A stretch of 64,000 nucleotides of DNA from Octopus vulgaris (Eukaryota), in NCBI GenBank assembly GCA_951406725.2, contig OX597817.1, forward strand, positions 68,758,001-68,822,000, written 5' to 3'. The notes beneath the pieces are model-generated. The model was not told where the DNA came from, did no database searches, and saw only the letters and a list, made by a program, of their open reading frames with translations. Positions 1 to 12,222 of the stretch are shown in pieces (the stretch's first letter is position 1; every line of letters begins with the position of its first letter). Both the position numbers and the translations under genes were made by a program.

Positions 1-191
1 AAACCATTGCCAAAATGAAATTTACGGACAAGATTTGGGTCTCTGACCTAAGAGATCTGCAGCTCCTGATAAGAACTGATTCAGACAGTGATAGCTAACA
101 AATATCCAACAAACTTTTGCTAGCATGGAAAGTAGACATAAAACAATGATGATGATTATGTATACACATAAGTTATTTATGTGCATCTCTT

Positions 192-257
<66 letters not shown>

Positions 258-275
258 TGTGTGTGTATTTATATA

Positions 276-316
<41 letters not shown>

Positions 317-1806
317 TTGAAGAAAGATTTTCTTAAAAAATTATTAAATGTTTAAAAGAAAATTTTAAAAAACAGAACAGAATGATGCTAACAGTTTGAA
401 AATTGTATATACATTTATATGTGTGCATACATATACTTATAAACACACAAACACAAGCTTAACACATATTGGGTGTATTAGTGCATATGCATATATATAT
501 ATGATATTGTTGCACTTTCATACGTGCACCACTTGCCTGCTCTTGTAACCTAAATACCTATTCTAGTGTATAGTTATTGCTATTCCATTAGGTAACTCAA
601 TATAAACAGATCTATCTATGTACTGAAGCATATTATTTGAGTATTGTTATGGTTGGATGCTTCCTATGCTACTTATCTACTTCTCCATATATTCTTTATG
701 ATGAGGTATGGTAAGAGCTAAATAACTAACGTTTGTTTTAGCTTCTGATTACTTTGCAGTCAAAAGACAGCGATATGTCTTCAGTCTTTCTTGGAGGTAA
801 TAATGAGTTGAAGTATTCACAGAAGGTGATAACTGGTATTAGAATTTTTGTTTGGGTTATTTGTTGGTTGTTGGCAGTTTACTTCTCTAGTATCAGGCCG
901 GTACTTATTTTCTAGATCACCAGACATCATGATCATGATCATCATCATTTTAATGTCTTCTTTTCCATGTTTGCATGGGTTAGACATAATTCTGTGAAGC
1001 AGATATGCTACAGATGGATGCCCTCCCTGTCACCAACCTTCATTTGTATCTGAAGCAGGCAACATTTCCGCATGAGTGGACATAATTGGTGATGAATAAC
1101 TCCACTTGTATGCTTGCGGTACTCATTAGCAACTATCACATGATACTTCTTTCAGTGTCGGTCTGCCAAACCCACTCACAAGGCTTTGGCTGGCCAGTGG
1201 CCTAGGTAGAAGACACCTGGCCAATATGTCATGCAGTAGTATGAACCCAAAACCACATGGTTGAGAAGCAAACTTCTTAACAACTAACCTCTATCTGCAC
1301 CTATGTAAAGTATATCATAATGGTAACAATAACTTCTAGCATAGGTACAAAAACCACAAATATGTGGTTGATGGCTTAATCCAGTATATCCATCCCAATT
1401 CTTGACTGGTACTTCATTTGATGACACCTCCACCCACCCAAGGGATAAAAAGCAAAGCTGATTCCAATGGGTTTTAATCTCAGAATGTAAAGAGTCAGAA
1501 CAAATCCTGCAAGGCATTTTTTCTGAGGCTCTAATGATTTTGCTAATTCACTGATCTCAATGATAATGATAGTAATTCTTTCTGCTGTAGACACAAAGCC
1601 TGAAATCTTTTAGGGGAGGGGGCTGGTCGACTATAATGACCCCAGTACTCAACTGGTACTTATTTGATCAACCTCGAAAGGATGAAAGGCAAAGCTGACC
1701 TCAGTGGAAATCAAACTCTGAAGACAAATGGATAAAACACCCTTAAGCATATTGTTCAATGCACTAATGATTCTGCCAGCATACCACCTTCATGATAATA
1801 ATAATA

Positions 1807-2150
1807 GGAAGAGCATCATAGCCATGTGTTGAGAGGGATTCTTTGGGGTTTGAATAATTCACCTCTGGAAACATGCGTGTTTCATTCAACACCCTTAAAC
1901 AACCCTTATTCAGGGACCTTTTGAGTGGGATGGGTTACTCGACCAGAAGAAAATTCTAACTGGGCCCCACCTGCAAGGTCATGTGCTGTTTATCTTGATA
2001 TGAGATCACCATGTTGCACACACATGGTTGTGATGCATGTGCCTAGCGTACCCTTATCAGACAGGTAGTCATGATGGGTATACTGGGCTCCATATATTTT
2101 ATCCCAGTGTCACTTTGATGGCATGCACTGCTCTCTCACTCAATAATAAT
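1807..2150 (+). mobile_element. Family D: non-coding TAA-flanked retroelement, 5'-truncated copy
   Basis: Colinear with 49232-49570 and 36025-36360. Preceded by (TAA)n and ends CTCTCTCACTC(AAT)n. Confidence 0.8.
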
Positions 2151-3539
2151 ATTAAAAAAATTTAAATAATAATAATAATGGTTTCAAACTTTGGCATGAG
2201 GGCAGCAATTTTGGGGAGGTGGTAAGTTGATTATATTGATCCCAGTGCTCAACTGGTACCTATTTTATTGACCTCAAAAGGACAAAAGGCAAAACTGACC
2301 TCAGTAGAAATTGAACTCAGAACATTTAGATGGATGAAATGTTGTTAAGCATTTTGTTTGACATGCTAATGTTTCTGCCAGTTCCCTACCTCCATGATAA
2401 TGATAATGATTTTAAGAATAATGGTCTCTAATATGTTCACAAGGCCATGAAATTTATGGAAGGTTGTGGTCAATATGATCTTTCCCAGTATATGATTGGT
2501 ATTTGCTTTTATGATGATGGTTCTTCCAGTCTCAGCAATGCATATTCAGCTAGTTGTTTGGTTAAATGGATTTCTTCATGTGAAATTAATGGGAAACCAA
2601 GGCAGAGTATTCTTCTAACAGGTGAACTCTTAAAGCAATTATCAGAGTGATACAATGGAACAGCATTGGGTCTTTGAATTATAGATACAATTGAAAAAGA
2701 GAGAGAGAGAGAGGTGGGGAATTGGATCTAATAAATAGCTGTAGAGACTCCAATGCATTGTTTTGTCCAAAGAGGGGTGGAATCTATGATATTGCTAAAA
2801 CAGTCCTAAACTGACTCTATAAAACTCATGGGAAACACGCAAGGGAGTATTTTTCTCATCTCTGAGATGATATGGCTGTTGTAACAAACACACAAACAAA
2901 CCCTAGGTTACAGTTTAACCTTTTGGAGATGAAGCCTCATTTGGATTTTCTGTGCCAAGATGGAGCCCTTTTCACAAGCCCTATAGAAGGCATGCACTTA
3001 TTTTTCAAAAAAAAAATTAAAAAATAAAGGAATTACTTTACATATATAAAACTATATATATATACTTGTAGGAAACTGAATTAACTAATACAATATTCTT
3101 TGTCATTTGACTTTTCGGCCAATAGATCAGTGCTGTCATCTCCTAAGGATTAAAGGAAAGTTAACTATTACTCACTGACCAACAAACTTCAGCCTTTGGC
3201 CTACAGTTGTAGTTTCCTGTATTTTTGCTCTTCTCAACTGTTATTACAGTAGTTTCCAATTCCTTGAGGATGGTTGGTCTCCTGCCACCACTAATCAAAT
3301 ATTCTTGACTCTTCTTGTCATTATGTTGCATCCACCCACCACCAACTACATAACAGACCGTTATGCTTAATCCTTACTTCCTAGAATATTAGTACTCAAT
3401 CCTTTCTCCCTAAAATTTTGGTATTCTGAAGTTACCCCCTGCAGATATTTTGTGACAGCTGTTGATTTGTAACTGTTTAAAAGGGTTTCATCAGCTCCTT
3501 AGAAGCTGCAAAGGATAATGTCGCAGCTAATCCAATAAA

Positions 3540-3756
3540 TAATCTTTTCTAGTCTAGGCACAAGGCCTGAAATTTTGGGGGAGGGGGCCAGTCAATTAGA
3601 TCAACCCCAGTACGCAATTGGTACTTAATTTATTGACCCTGAAAGGATGAAAGGCAAAGTCGACCTGGGCAGAATTTAAACTCAGATCGTAAAGACAATT
3701 GAAATACTGCTAAGCATTTCACCTGGCGTGGTAACATTTCTGCCAGCTTGCCACTT
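3540..3756 (-). mobile_element. SINE family B, (ATT)n-tail subtype
   Basis: Same head and domain as 42892-43121, but tail CCCCTCCCCCAAAATTTCAGGCCTTGTGCC...GATTATT. Also ~1573-1790(-), 2172-2392(-), 25150-25372(+), 26410-26545(+) and 60165-60400(+). Confidence 0.85.
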
Positions 3757-5346
3757 GCTAATGCAATAAATAATAAAAATGAAAATAAGTATTTTCAAGT
3801 GCAAGTATATCTGTGGTGAAAAAGCTCACTTTGCAATCATATGGTTTCAGGTTCTGTCCCACTGTACAGCACTTTGCATAAGTGTCATCCACTACATCCT
3901 TAGGATGACAAATGCCTAGTGAGTGAATTTGGTCGATGGACACTGCAGAAGCTCATCATATATGTGTGTGTGTGTATGTGTATGTGTCTTTGTGTCAGTG
4001 TTTGTCACTTCCCTCCCCACTGCTTGACAATGAGCGCTGTTTTATTTTCAACCGTGTACCTTAGCAGTTCGGCAAAAGAGACTTAAAAAATAAAACTAAA
4101 CTTAAAAAATAAAACAAAAAATACATAAGTACTTTTTCTGACTAAAACTCTTCAAGGTAATGCCTGATGCCCCAGCATGGCTTTGGTCCACTGACTGAAA
4201 CAAATAAAAGGGTAAAAGATGGAAGATAAAAATGTGTCTGGTCTAGACAATATTTTCTGTGAGCTGTCTGGGTCTGAAAATGAGCTACAGATACTAATTT
4301 GCTCATACATATTTTAAAATTAAGGCCAATCAGCTGAAACAAAATGATATGACTAGTCAAAACTAATTCTTGTAGCTATTTTTCTTACTTCTTGCTAATC
4401 ATACACACATGTATGTTTGAGAGAGAGAGAGAGAGAGCGTGAATATGAGTGATCATGTATGTGCTTGTGTGTATTTGTGTGTGTGTATATTTGTGTGTGT
4501 GTATGTCTTTGTGTCTGTGTATCTGTGTGTTTGTAGTTATTTTTGGTTAGCCCCAAGCCAGATTTTATCAAGCAGAGATGTGATTAATAGTGTTCTAGCA
4601 GTAACTATCATATCTTATTATTATTTTTTTATGTTTTTTATTTATATATTTTTTTCAGTCAACATATCTAGTTAAAACTACATATTGCAATGTGAAATTT
4701 TTTTTTAAAGAGTAAGAAGCGATTTGAAGCGATTACATAAAAATTTTCTTAATGCCTTGCAAATGTGTACACACACACATACACATATATATAAACACAC
4801 AGGCACATACATATATCATCATCACATCATTTGTTTTAAGTCCATTTTCTATGCTTGCACAGGTTGTAAATGTTGTCACAGTTAGAGTTAGCATGTATTT
4901 GCAGATAGTGTTCACCCAAATGAATAGGAGGACTGCATTTTGCTCATGTGTTTCATTTTCGGCTCGGTTTCTATGACTGCATGCCTTTCATAACACTAAC
5001 CATTTTAGAGAGTGTACTGAGTGATTATTTTTCATGGCAACAGCATTAGAGATGTAGCCATGTCCTCAACATTACCAAAAGGACTTTGCAACTCTTCCTC
5101 TCTATTCACTCTGCAATCTCTTCAGAGAGTGATATGCATGGGTGATAGAAACATAAAAAAAGAGAAGCCTGTATTATAGAGGTAAGTGATAAGAAGGATG
5201 TGTAATAAGGGAATGAATGATTGGGGCGCACCGTTATCAGAGATAGGTAACCATTTTTGCAAACCAGTTTTGTGTAAGAAAATTTTTCCAAAGACCAGGA
5301 TACAACAAAATACAATAATGTGCATAATATTACATACACAATAGAC

Positions 5347-5531
5347 CAGTGTTCTGCAACCAGTTTGCCTTGACATACTGGTGTGCCATGAGATGATATC
5401 AGGTGTGCCGTAGTGTAACATGAATATAATTTTTTCCCTATACTTTTGGTTATATTTTAAATTCAGGTGTGCTGTTGAACTTTGAAAAGAATATAAGTGT
5501 ACTGTAAGTGGAAAAAGGTTGTGGAGCACTG
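5347..5531. mobile_element. hAT (Charlie-like) MITE
   Basis: TIR CAGTGTTCTGCAACC / GGTTGTGGAGCACTG (12/15). 8-bp TSD CAATAGAC/CAATATAT. Subterminal GGTGTGCC repeats. Confidence 0.75.
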
Positions 5532-5716
5532 CAATATATGACGACATTGTCATCGTCATCATCATCATCATCATCATCCCTTAACATCAGTTTTCCATGC
5601 TGGCATGGGTTGGACAGTTTGACCAGAGCTGACAAGCAGGAGAGCTGCACCACGTTCCAGTCTGATTTAGCTTCGTTTCTTTGGCTGGATGCCCTTCTTA
5701 GCATCCACTACTTTAA

Positions 5717-5937
5717 CCCTTTCGTTACTGTATTTATTTTGAGATGCTCTGTGTTTCTTTCAATTATTTTAAATATAACAAAGAATTTAGTAAAATAACT
5801 TAGTTATCATTCAGCAAGTATTATGAACATAAATTGTGACTAAGGTTTGGTGGTATATTTTAATGCAAAACTTATGAAAACAAGACATTTGTATTACAGA
5901 GCCAGAGCCGGTTTTGGCCGGGTTGGTAACGAAAGGG
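5717..5937. mobile_element. piggyBac-type MITE (221 bp)
   Basis: Perfect 12-bp TIR CCCTTTCGTTAC/GTAACGAAAGGG with TTAA duplicated at 5713-5716 and 5938-5941. Splits a family C SINE. Confidence 0.9.
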
Positions 5938-6329
5938 TTAAATTGTGTGCCGGGTGCTTTTAACGTGGCACTGGCACAAGTACTTTTATGTGGTGCTGGC
6001 ATGAGTGCTTTTTACATGACACTGGCACAGGGCTCTTGCAGATCAATCCTCTTCATCAGCAAAAGTGACCTTAACACTTATGCTGTGGAGGACAGGTCTT
6101 CTTGAGATATATATATTACATATATAAGGCAAACACACTCTGTGTATTGCGATAGTCAATAAAATAGAAATGAATTGAAAAATTTATTCTTTCTGTGTGA
6201 CCTGGTTCCAAATGATCCATGGCCTGTTATTGGTCCATGACCAAGCAGTTGGAGACCTCTGATGTACAGAATAGGGTGATGACAGAGGTACAATTTGACC
6301 CAGGAAATAGATTGATAATAGCGTCCAAA

Positions 6330-6655
6330 GCCAGGCAGTCTGTCAACTACAATGATGACCATTCTAGTTGATTTGATCCTTGGAACCGCCTGCTCATAAA
6401 CTTAACATGCAAGTGGCTGAGCACTCCACAGACATGTGTATTCATAAGGTAGTTCTTAAAGAGATTCAGTGTGACAAAGAATTCAACAAGGTCGGCCCTC
6501 TGAATTACAGGTACCACCCATTTTTGCCAGCTGGGTGGATTGGAGAAACATGAATAAAATGTCTTGCTCAAGGATACAACACACCACCAGGAATCAAACT
6601 CACGACCAGAAGGTTGTGAGGAAAACATCCTAACCACTAGGCCACATACCTTCAC
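6330..6655 (-). mobile_element. tRNA-derived SINE family F
   Basis: Minus-strand TGGCCTAGTGGTTAG...GAGTTTGATTCC head and CCTTGAGCAAGACA domain. Tail shared with 22290-22575(-) and ~58900-59070(-). Confidence 0.8.
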
Positions 6656-6815
6656 TGAGTCCTAGGACATGCTGGAGAAAAAGAGCAATAGCATTGGTGA
6701 CAGAATGAAATAGAATGATAATTGACAGTACAGGAGAGAAAGATAAAGGTAATAGTGTACTAACTGCTGTTGGACTAACTTTGGTCTAACTTAGTCTCCC
6801 AGACATAGATTTTAA

Positions 6816-7037
6816 CCGTTTCATTACCATATTTCTGTTGAGATGCTCTGTGTTTCTTTCAATTAATTTTAAATATGACAAACAATTTAGTAAAATGACT
6901 TAGTTATCATTAAGATAGTATTAGAAACATAAATTGTAACTGAGGTTTGGTGGAAGATTTTAATTCAGAACTTTTGAAAATAAGATATTTGTACTTAAGA
7001 GCCAGAGATGGTTTCAGCTGGGTTGGTATTATAAAGG
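6816..7037. mobile_element. Second copy of the piggyBac-type MITE
   Basis: Colinear with 5717-5937, TTAA on both sides (6812-6815, 7038-7041), decayed TIRs. Confidence 0.85.
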
Positions 7038-7754
7038 TTAACATGAACTAGAGAAGTCATGTGATGTAAATATTTTTTTCAAAATTTTCTTTTTTTTTCT
7101 TAAAATAGAATGCTGAACCTTCAAGTACACTAATACAAATTCCACAATTTTAACTTCTGCAGTTTTTGCTGTCAGGGTTGATATATTGTTTGAAAGTAAT
7201 TGGGTATTTGTTCAAAGTCTCTTTAATGATTTTGGTCGTTTTTCACTCTTAATTATTTTTTGGTTTTCTAAAATTCATCTCATTTATGGATCACGTTAAT
7301 TTGAAATGGTAAATTAAATACCACAATATTCAAAGGATTTTGTCGAAATGTACTTGTAAGGTATAACATTGGTTTCTGTATTCACTTTTTACAGTTTTTA
7401 AATCACTCATGTTAATTGCTTCTACTCTCTTTTATTTTGATGTCAGTTAACTATGATGGATAACATTTTTTAACCAAATATATTTTAGTTCCCAATAGTA
7501 TTTTCTTGTGGCTGTACAGATTTTATATGATGGTACATAGTCTTTAAATTTGACTGAAGAGAATATTGATTCTCATATGTTTTTGATGGCATGAAATAGA
7601 AAGTAAATATTGCTCTCAATCCTGTTGTTTATAATATACACATATCACAGTCTGATATGGGTTGTTTTTAATGCTCAGTATTTCTAAAAAAAAAGTAATT
7701 GATCCTCAAATGAATAAATTACACTTTTTCATTTGTTTGTTCATATGTCTGCCT

Positions 7755-8161
7755 TTCCAACTCTGCTAGCATTAGTTAGATGGGTATATTACTTAGACAT
7801 TGTCTGGCAGATGGAAGCTCTCTCTGTTGCTAACACTTGTTTTTCAAGTAAAGGGTCACTTATACCATCCATTTTTGAGGGCACTAAGCTAAAAGATTTC
7901 CATGCTAGCATGAGTTAGATGGATATATTACTAAGACATTGTCTGACAGATGGAAGCTCTCTCTGTTGCTAACACTTGTTTTTCAAGTAAAGGGTCACTT
8001 ATGCCATCCATTTTCGAGGGCACTAAGCTAAAAGATTTCCATGCTAGCATGAATTAGATGGATATATTACTAAGATATTGTCTGGCAGATGGAAGCTCTT
8101 CCTGTTGCTAACACTTGTTTTTCAAGTAAAGGATCACTTATACCATCCATTTTCGAGGGCA
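7755..8161 (+). repeat. 139-bp tandem repeat, ~2.9 units
   Basis: TGCTAGCAT recurs at 7764, 7903 and 8042. Units are nearly identical. Confidence 0.95.
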
Positions 8162-8355
8162 TCACAGTGATGATGATGTCATATCTGCTGTTGATTACTT
8201 TTTTGACCAACAGAATGAAAGCTCCTTCACCAAGCATTGCAGCGCAGAGAGCAAAAGTGAGTGGACTGCAAAGTGGTCTACGTTAAAAACATAAACCTCA
8301 TTTGGTCACATTCCATGAGAGTATCTTGATCAGCCTCTGAACTTTTCAGTCGATT

Positions 8356-8394
<39 letters not shown>

Positions 8395-8418
8395 ACATCT
8401 GTACACGCATGTGTGGAA

Positions 8419-8893
8419 CATAAAAAGCACTATTTGAGTGTGGCTGATGCCAGTACTGCCTGACTGGCTCCCATGCTGGTGGCACATAAAAAGTTCCCTT
8501 CAAGTATGGTTGATGCCAATGCCACTTGACTGGCTCCTGTGCTGATGGCACATAAAAAGCACCATCCAAGAATGGTCGATGCCTGTGCAACCTGGCTGAC
8601 TCCTGTGCTGGTGGCACATAAAAAGCACCATTTCAGCATGGTCAATGCCAGTGCCGCCTGGCTGGCTCCCATGCCAGTAGCACATAAAAAGCACCATCTG
8701 AGAGTGATCGATGCCAGTGCTGTTTGATTGGCTCCCATGCTGATGACACATAAAAAGCACCATTCGTGCATGGTTGATACCAGTGCCACTTGACTGGTTC
8801 CCATGCCAGTGGCATGTAAAATGTACTATTTGAATACAGTTGATACCATTGCCATCTGACTGGCCCCTGTGCCAGTGGCACGTAAAAAGCACC
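8419..8893 (+). repeat. 66-bp minisatellite, ~7.2 units
   Basis: CATAAAAAGCAC motif recurs at 8419, 8485, 8551, 8617, 8683, 8749, 8815 and 8881. Confidence 0.95.
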
Positions 8894-9041
8894 TTGAAGT
8901 GGTTGGTATTAGAAAGGGCATCCAGCTGTAGAAACCTTGCCAGAACAGATTGGAGTCTGGCGCAGCCACCTGATTTGCCAGTCCTCAGTCAAACCGTCCA
9001 ACCCATGCCAGCATAGAAAGCCGACATTAAATGATGATGAT
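8419..9041 (+). mobile_element. Family C element: minisatellite array + conserved (GAT)n-ending tail
   Basis: 66-bp units, then GTGGTTGGTATTAGAAAGGGCATCCAGCTGTAGAAAC...CCAACCCATGCCAGCAT...GATGATG. Other copies at ~14195-14510(-), 24445-24682, 29290-29661, 30797-31362, 42063-42281, 51205-51551, 55683-56119(-) and 59083-59414. Confidence 0.85.
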
Positions 9042-9736
9042 GTATATAATACCCACTTCAGTTATGAATGACCATGGGATTGCACCGTGAAAGTTCCCCT
9101 CCAAGGCACAAGTCCAGGCAAGGTTGTTTATGTAAAACCAGCAGTCGCCCATGCATACCAGCTTTCCCTCTCCACACCATCAATGTTATCTAAAGAAAAA
9201 GCAAAGGCCAATACAGCTTGGCACCATTGACTCTACAGCAACTCACTTCTACAGCTGAGTGAACTGGAGCAATGTGAAATAAAGTGTCGCATATATACAT
9301 ACATACATGCACACACAAACACACACTGTGTAAGTCTGCTTGCATACAAACGCATTCATGTGTGCGTGTGTGTGTGTGTTTCTGTGCATATATATTTATT
9401 TCTAATATTGCACTTAAGTACATAATTATAATGCTCTACTGAAATTATCTCCCAATTCCCATTGGACTAGCTTCCAGTAAGACCAATCTTTATAAATTGA
9501 TAATGTATGACACTTCTAATGAACGGTTCACTATACTAGTTTGACCCCACATATCTGTATTGCCACTCTGTAAAATACTGCTCGAGGCAATCTATATTCT
9601 TTTATTTTCTGCTAGTGTCAGTCAGTGTGGCCATGTTGGCACACTGTCCTCATAAGGAATAATTCTAGCATCACTCTATCTCTCATTTGTAATCTCTCTA
9701 TCCGTCTATCTGTCTGTCTCTTTCTCCTCTCTCTCA

Positions 9737-9797
<61 letters not shown>

Positions 9798-9889
9798 ACT
9801 ATCTATTTCCAAGAAATAAGTAAAATTAAATAATAAAAACCACTGTTACATCAGAAAATATTACAATGCTAAATCAAGCCAAAAAAAGA

Positions 9890-10275
9890 GTCTCTATGTG
9901 GTCACTCAGCTTGCAAGAAGTCACAGCCAAATTTCTCAATTTCTACCCTATCAAAGAAAGAAGGATGCATTAGATGATGTAGTTCTTGATACACTAAAAG
10001 AGATTGAACAGTTACAACTAGTTTGTTCAATCAGAGATGACCTAGATCTGAGGAGCAGCAACAACAACAAACAATAGCAACAACACTAATAGGCAGTTTC
10101 TATGTGGTTATTGGACTTTCTAATTATAGCAGCTAAATTTCCATCAGACCACACAAACCTATTTCAGGAAAGGAAGGACACATTGAATGATATGGTTCTG
10201 GATACTTTGCCTGTAATTAAGACAGGATGGTCATATGTCTGCTTGATCAAAAGAGACCTGAATTAAACAACAATT
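9890..10275 (+). mobile_element. Two tandem copies of old ~200-bp repeat family G ending in (CAA)n
   Basis: CTATGTGG...AGCAGCYAAAT...GGAAGGACACATTG...ACAACAAC. Also ~12250-12440(-), 13360-13545, 13740-13930(-), 26610-26800(-), 31700-32095 (tandem pair) and 41710-41915. Confidence 0.65.
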
Positions 10276-10870
10276 ACAAATCTCCCTTCGTTACCCATGT
10301 TTACTGTTCTTCAGACCTGTAAGTCATTGTACACATCTGGGTATAAGATTTGGTGTTGGATTATGCTAGTATCAAGGGAGAGAACATACTATAAAAAAAG
10401 AAATGATATAACACACGCATGCAGAAACAGATATATATAGTGAAAAATATAAGAAGAAAATTGAACAGAGTTTATACGATTTTTTTTATGAAATAAAATA
10501 TTTACATTGTCAACCAGTTTCGCTTTTGCTAATCATGACTAAGAAATTAGTGAAGATATTACAATTTCATGGTATCATAAAAAGTTTATAGTCCATGTCA
10601 GTAGCAGGAAAGTTGTTTTGTAAATGAATCAATAGCTAAATAAATCTGAGGGAATGGACGCGTGTTTATGTGTGTCTTGTGTGTGTGTGTGGTGTGTGTG
10701 TGTGTGTGTGTGTGTGGGTTTGCTTACTATATTGTTTGTATCTGTGCACTTTATTTAGTTTCTTCTTTCTTCTTTTATTTTATTTATTTACTTATTTATC
10801 TATTTTTCTTTTTTCTTCCCATTTCGTCTTAGGTATGTGGGTTCACATGTTAACTTTAACATAGACACAT

Positions 10871-10923
<53 letters not shown>

Positions 10924-11164
10924 TAAATAAAAACAGACAAAAGCACATGTGCATATAAGGATACACACCATAGAAAGACACAATGGTTTGTTTATAATTA
11001 GCAGATCATCAAAAGAGACTGATAAAATAAGTAATCAACCTAAAAAAAGAAATATGTACTAGGGTCACCTTTTACAACATGAACCTTCTTGGAAATATCT
11101 CAGCATGGCCACAGTACAATGACAGAAACAAGTAAAAGATAAAAAAAAATATCATAGTACTCAC

Positions 11165-11266
11165 CGTTTTGCCCAGCTTGCAGGTTTTCTTTTTTGGTGA
11201 CGTACCATTTTATATCTTGCCACTCCTGCTGGAGGGCGAATTATTTTTAATCTTTTATTAAGTATT
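11165..11266 (-). CDS. Internal coding exon of an unidentified host gene (ILNKRLKIIRPPAGVARYKMVRHQKRKPASWAK)
   Basis: Minus-strand acceptor tttctatttctttccacAG and donor cg|GTGAGT. 102 nt, open frame, symmetric phase 2-2, non-repetitive and more GC-rich than its flanks. Confidence 0.75.
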
Positions 11267-11655
11267 CTGTGGAAAGAAATAGAAACTTTGCAATAATATA
11301 TACATTAATAACATCACCAATAAATCTAATCATACAATAGCAATGAAACGAGCCAATGGGGAAACCTTTTATATAGTTATTTAGCAGGTGTAATAGCAAC
11401 AGTAGATACAGCAAAAGAGGAAGAAAGGGCTGTAGTAATAATAGTAGAGCAGGTAAGCAACCAATAATGAATATTGCTAATATGAGGTTATTAAATGGAA
11501 TGATGGATCCATGAGGTAACTGGATGTCAAACCATAAGTCATTTGTTTCTAAGTCACTCTGTTTTCTGCCCAAACATTTAATTAAATATGTTCCAATTCA
11601 TATAGCTGAAAAGAAGAAAAGCTAGATCCTTTAGAAAATGCTACCTGTAATAAAC

Positions 11656-11698
<43 letters not shown>

Positions 11699-11763
11699 AA
11701 GTGTACATCATCTCTATTACTTAACTTGTAGGTAAGCAGTATAATTATGAAAGTTTGCTGGCT

Positions 11764-12134
11764 ACTCTTTTATTTGTTTCAGTCATTTGACTGTGGCCAT
11801 GCTGGAGCACCGCCTTTAGTTGAACAAATCAACCTCAGGACTTATTCTTTGTAAGCCTAGTACTTATTCTATCGGTCTCTTTTGCCGAACCACTAAGTTA
11901 CGGGGATGTAAACACACCAGCATTGGTTGTCAGGCAATGTTGGGGGACACAAACACAGACACACAAACATATACATACATGGGCTTCTTTCAGTTTCCAT
12001 CTACCAAATCCACTCATAAGGCTTTGGTCAACCCGAGGCTATAGTAGAAGACAGTAGAAGGTGTCACGCAGTGGGACTGAACCTGGATGTGGATGGTAAG
12101 CAAGCTACTTACCACACAGCCACTCCTATGCCTA
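11764..12134 (-). mobile_element. SINE family A
   Basis: Reverse complement of 37202-37603. Further copies at ~3800-4215(+), 17272-17623(-), 19388-19775(-), 24010-24390(-), 39898-40360(+) and 59865-60145(+). Confidence 0.88.
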
Positions 12135-12187
12135 TGCTTAGGGATATTTTTTTAAAATATTTAGTGGGAATATTCAACTGGTACATG

Positions 12188-12222
<35 letters not shown>

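Noticed and set aside
592-705. AG...GT-bounded 38-codon open segment on the plus strand
   Set aside because: The interior resembles a decayed SINE tail (ATGGTTGGATGC.TTCCT), the splice sites are modest and it is opposite to the supported exon.
8419-8893. CRISPR-like regular array with a conserved core and variable intervening sequence; also overlapping repetitive ORFs
   Set aside because: The 'spacers' are homologous to each other, there are no cas genes and the context is eukaryotic. The ORFs arise because 66 bp is a multiple of 3.
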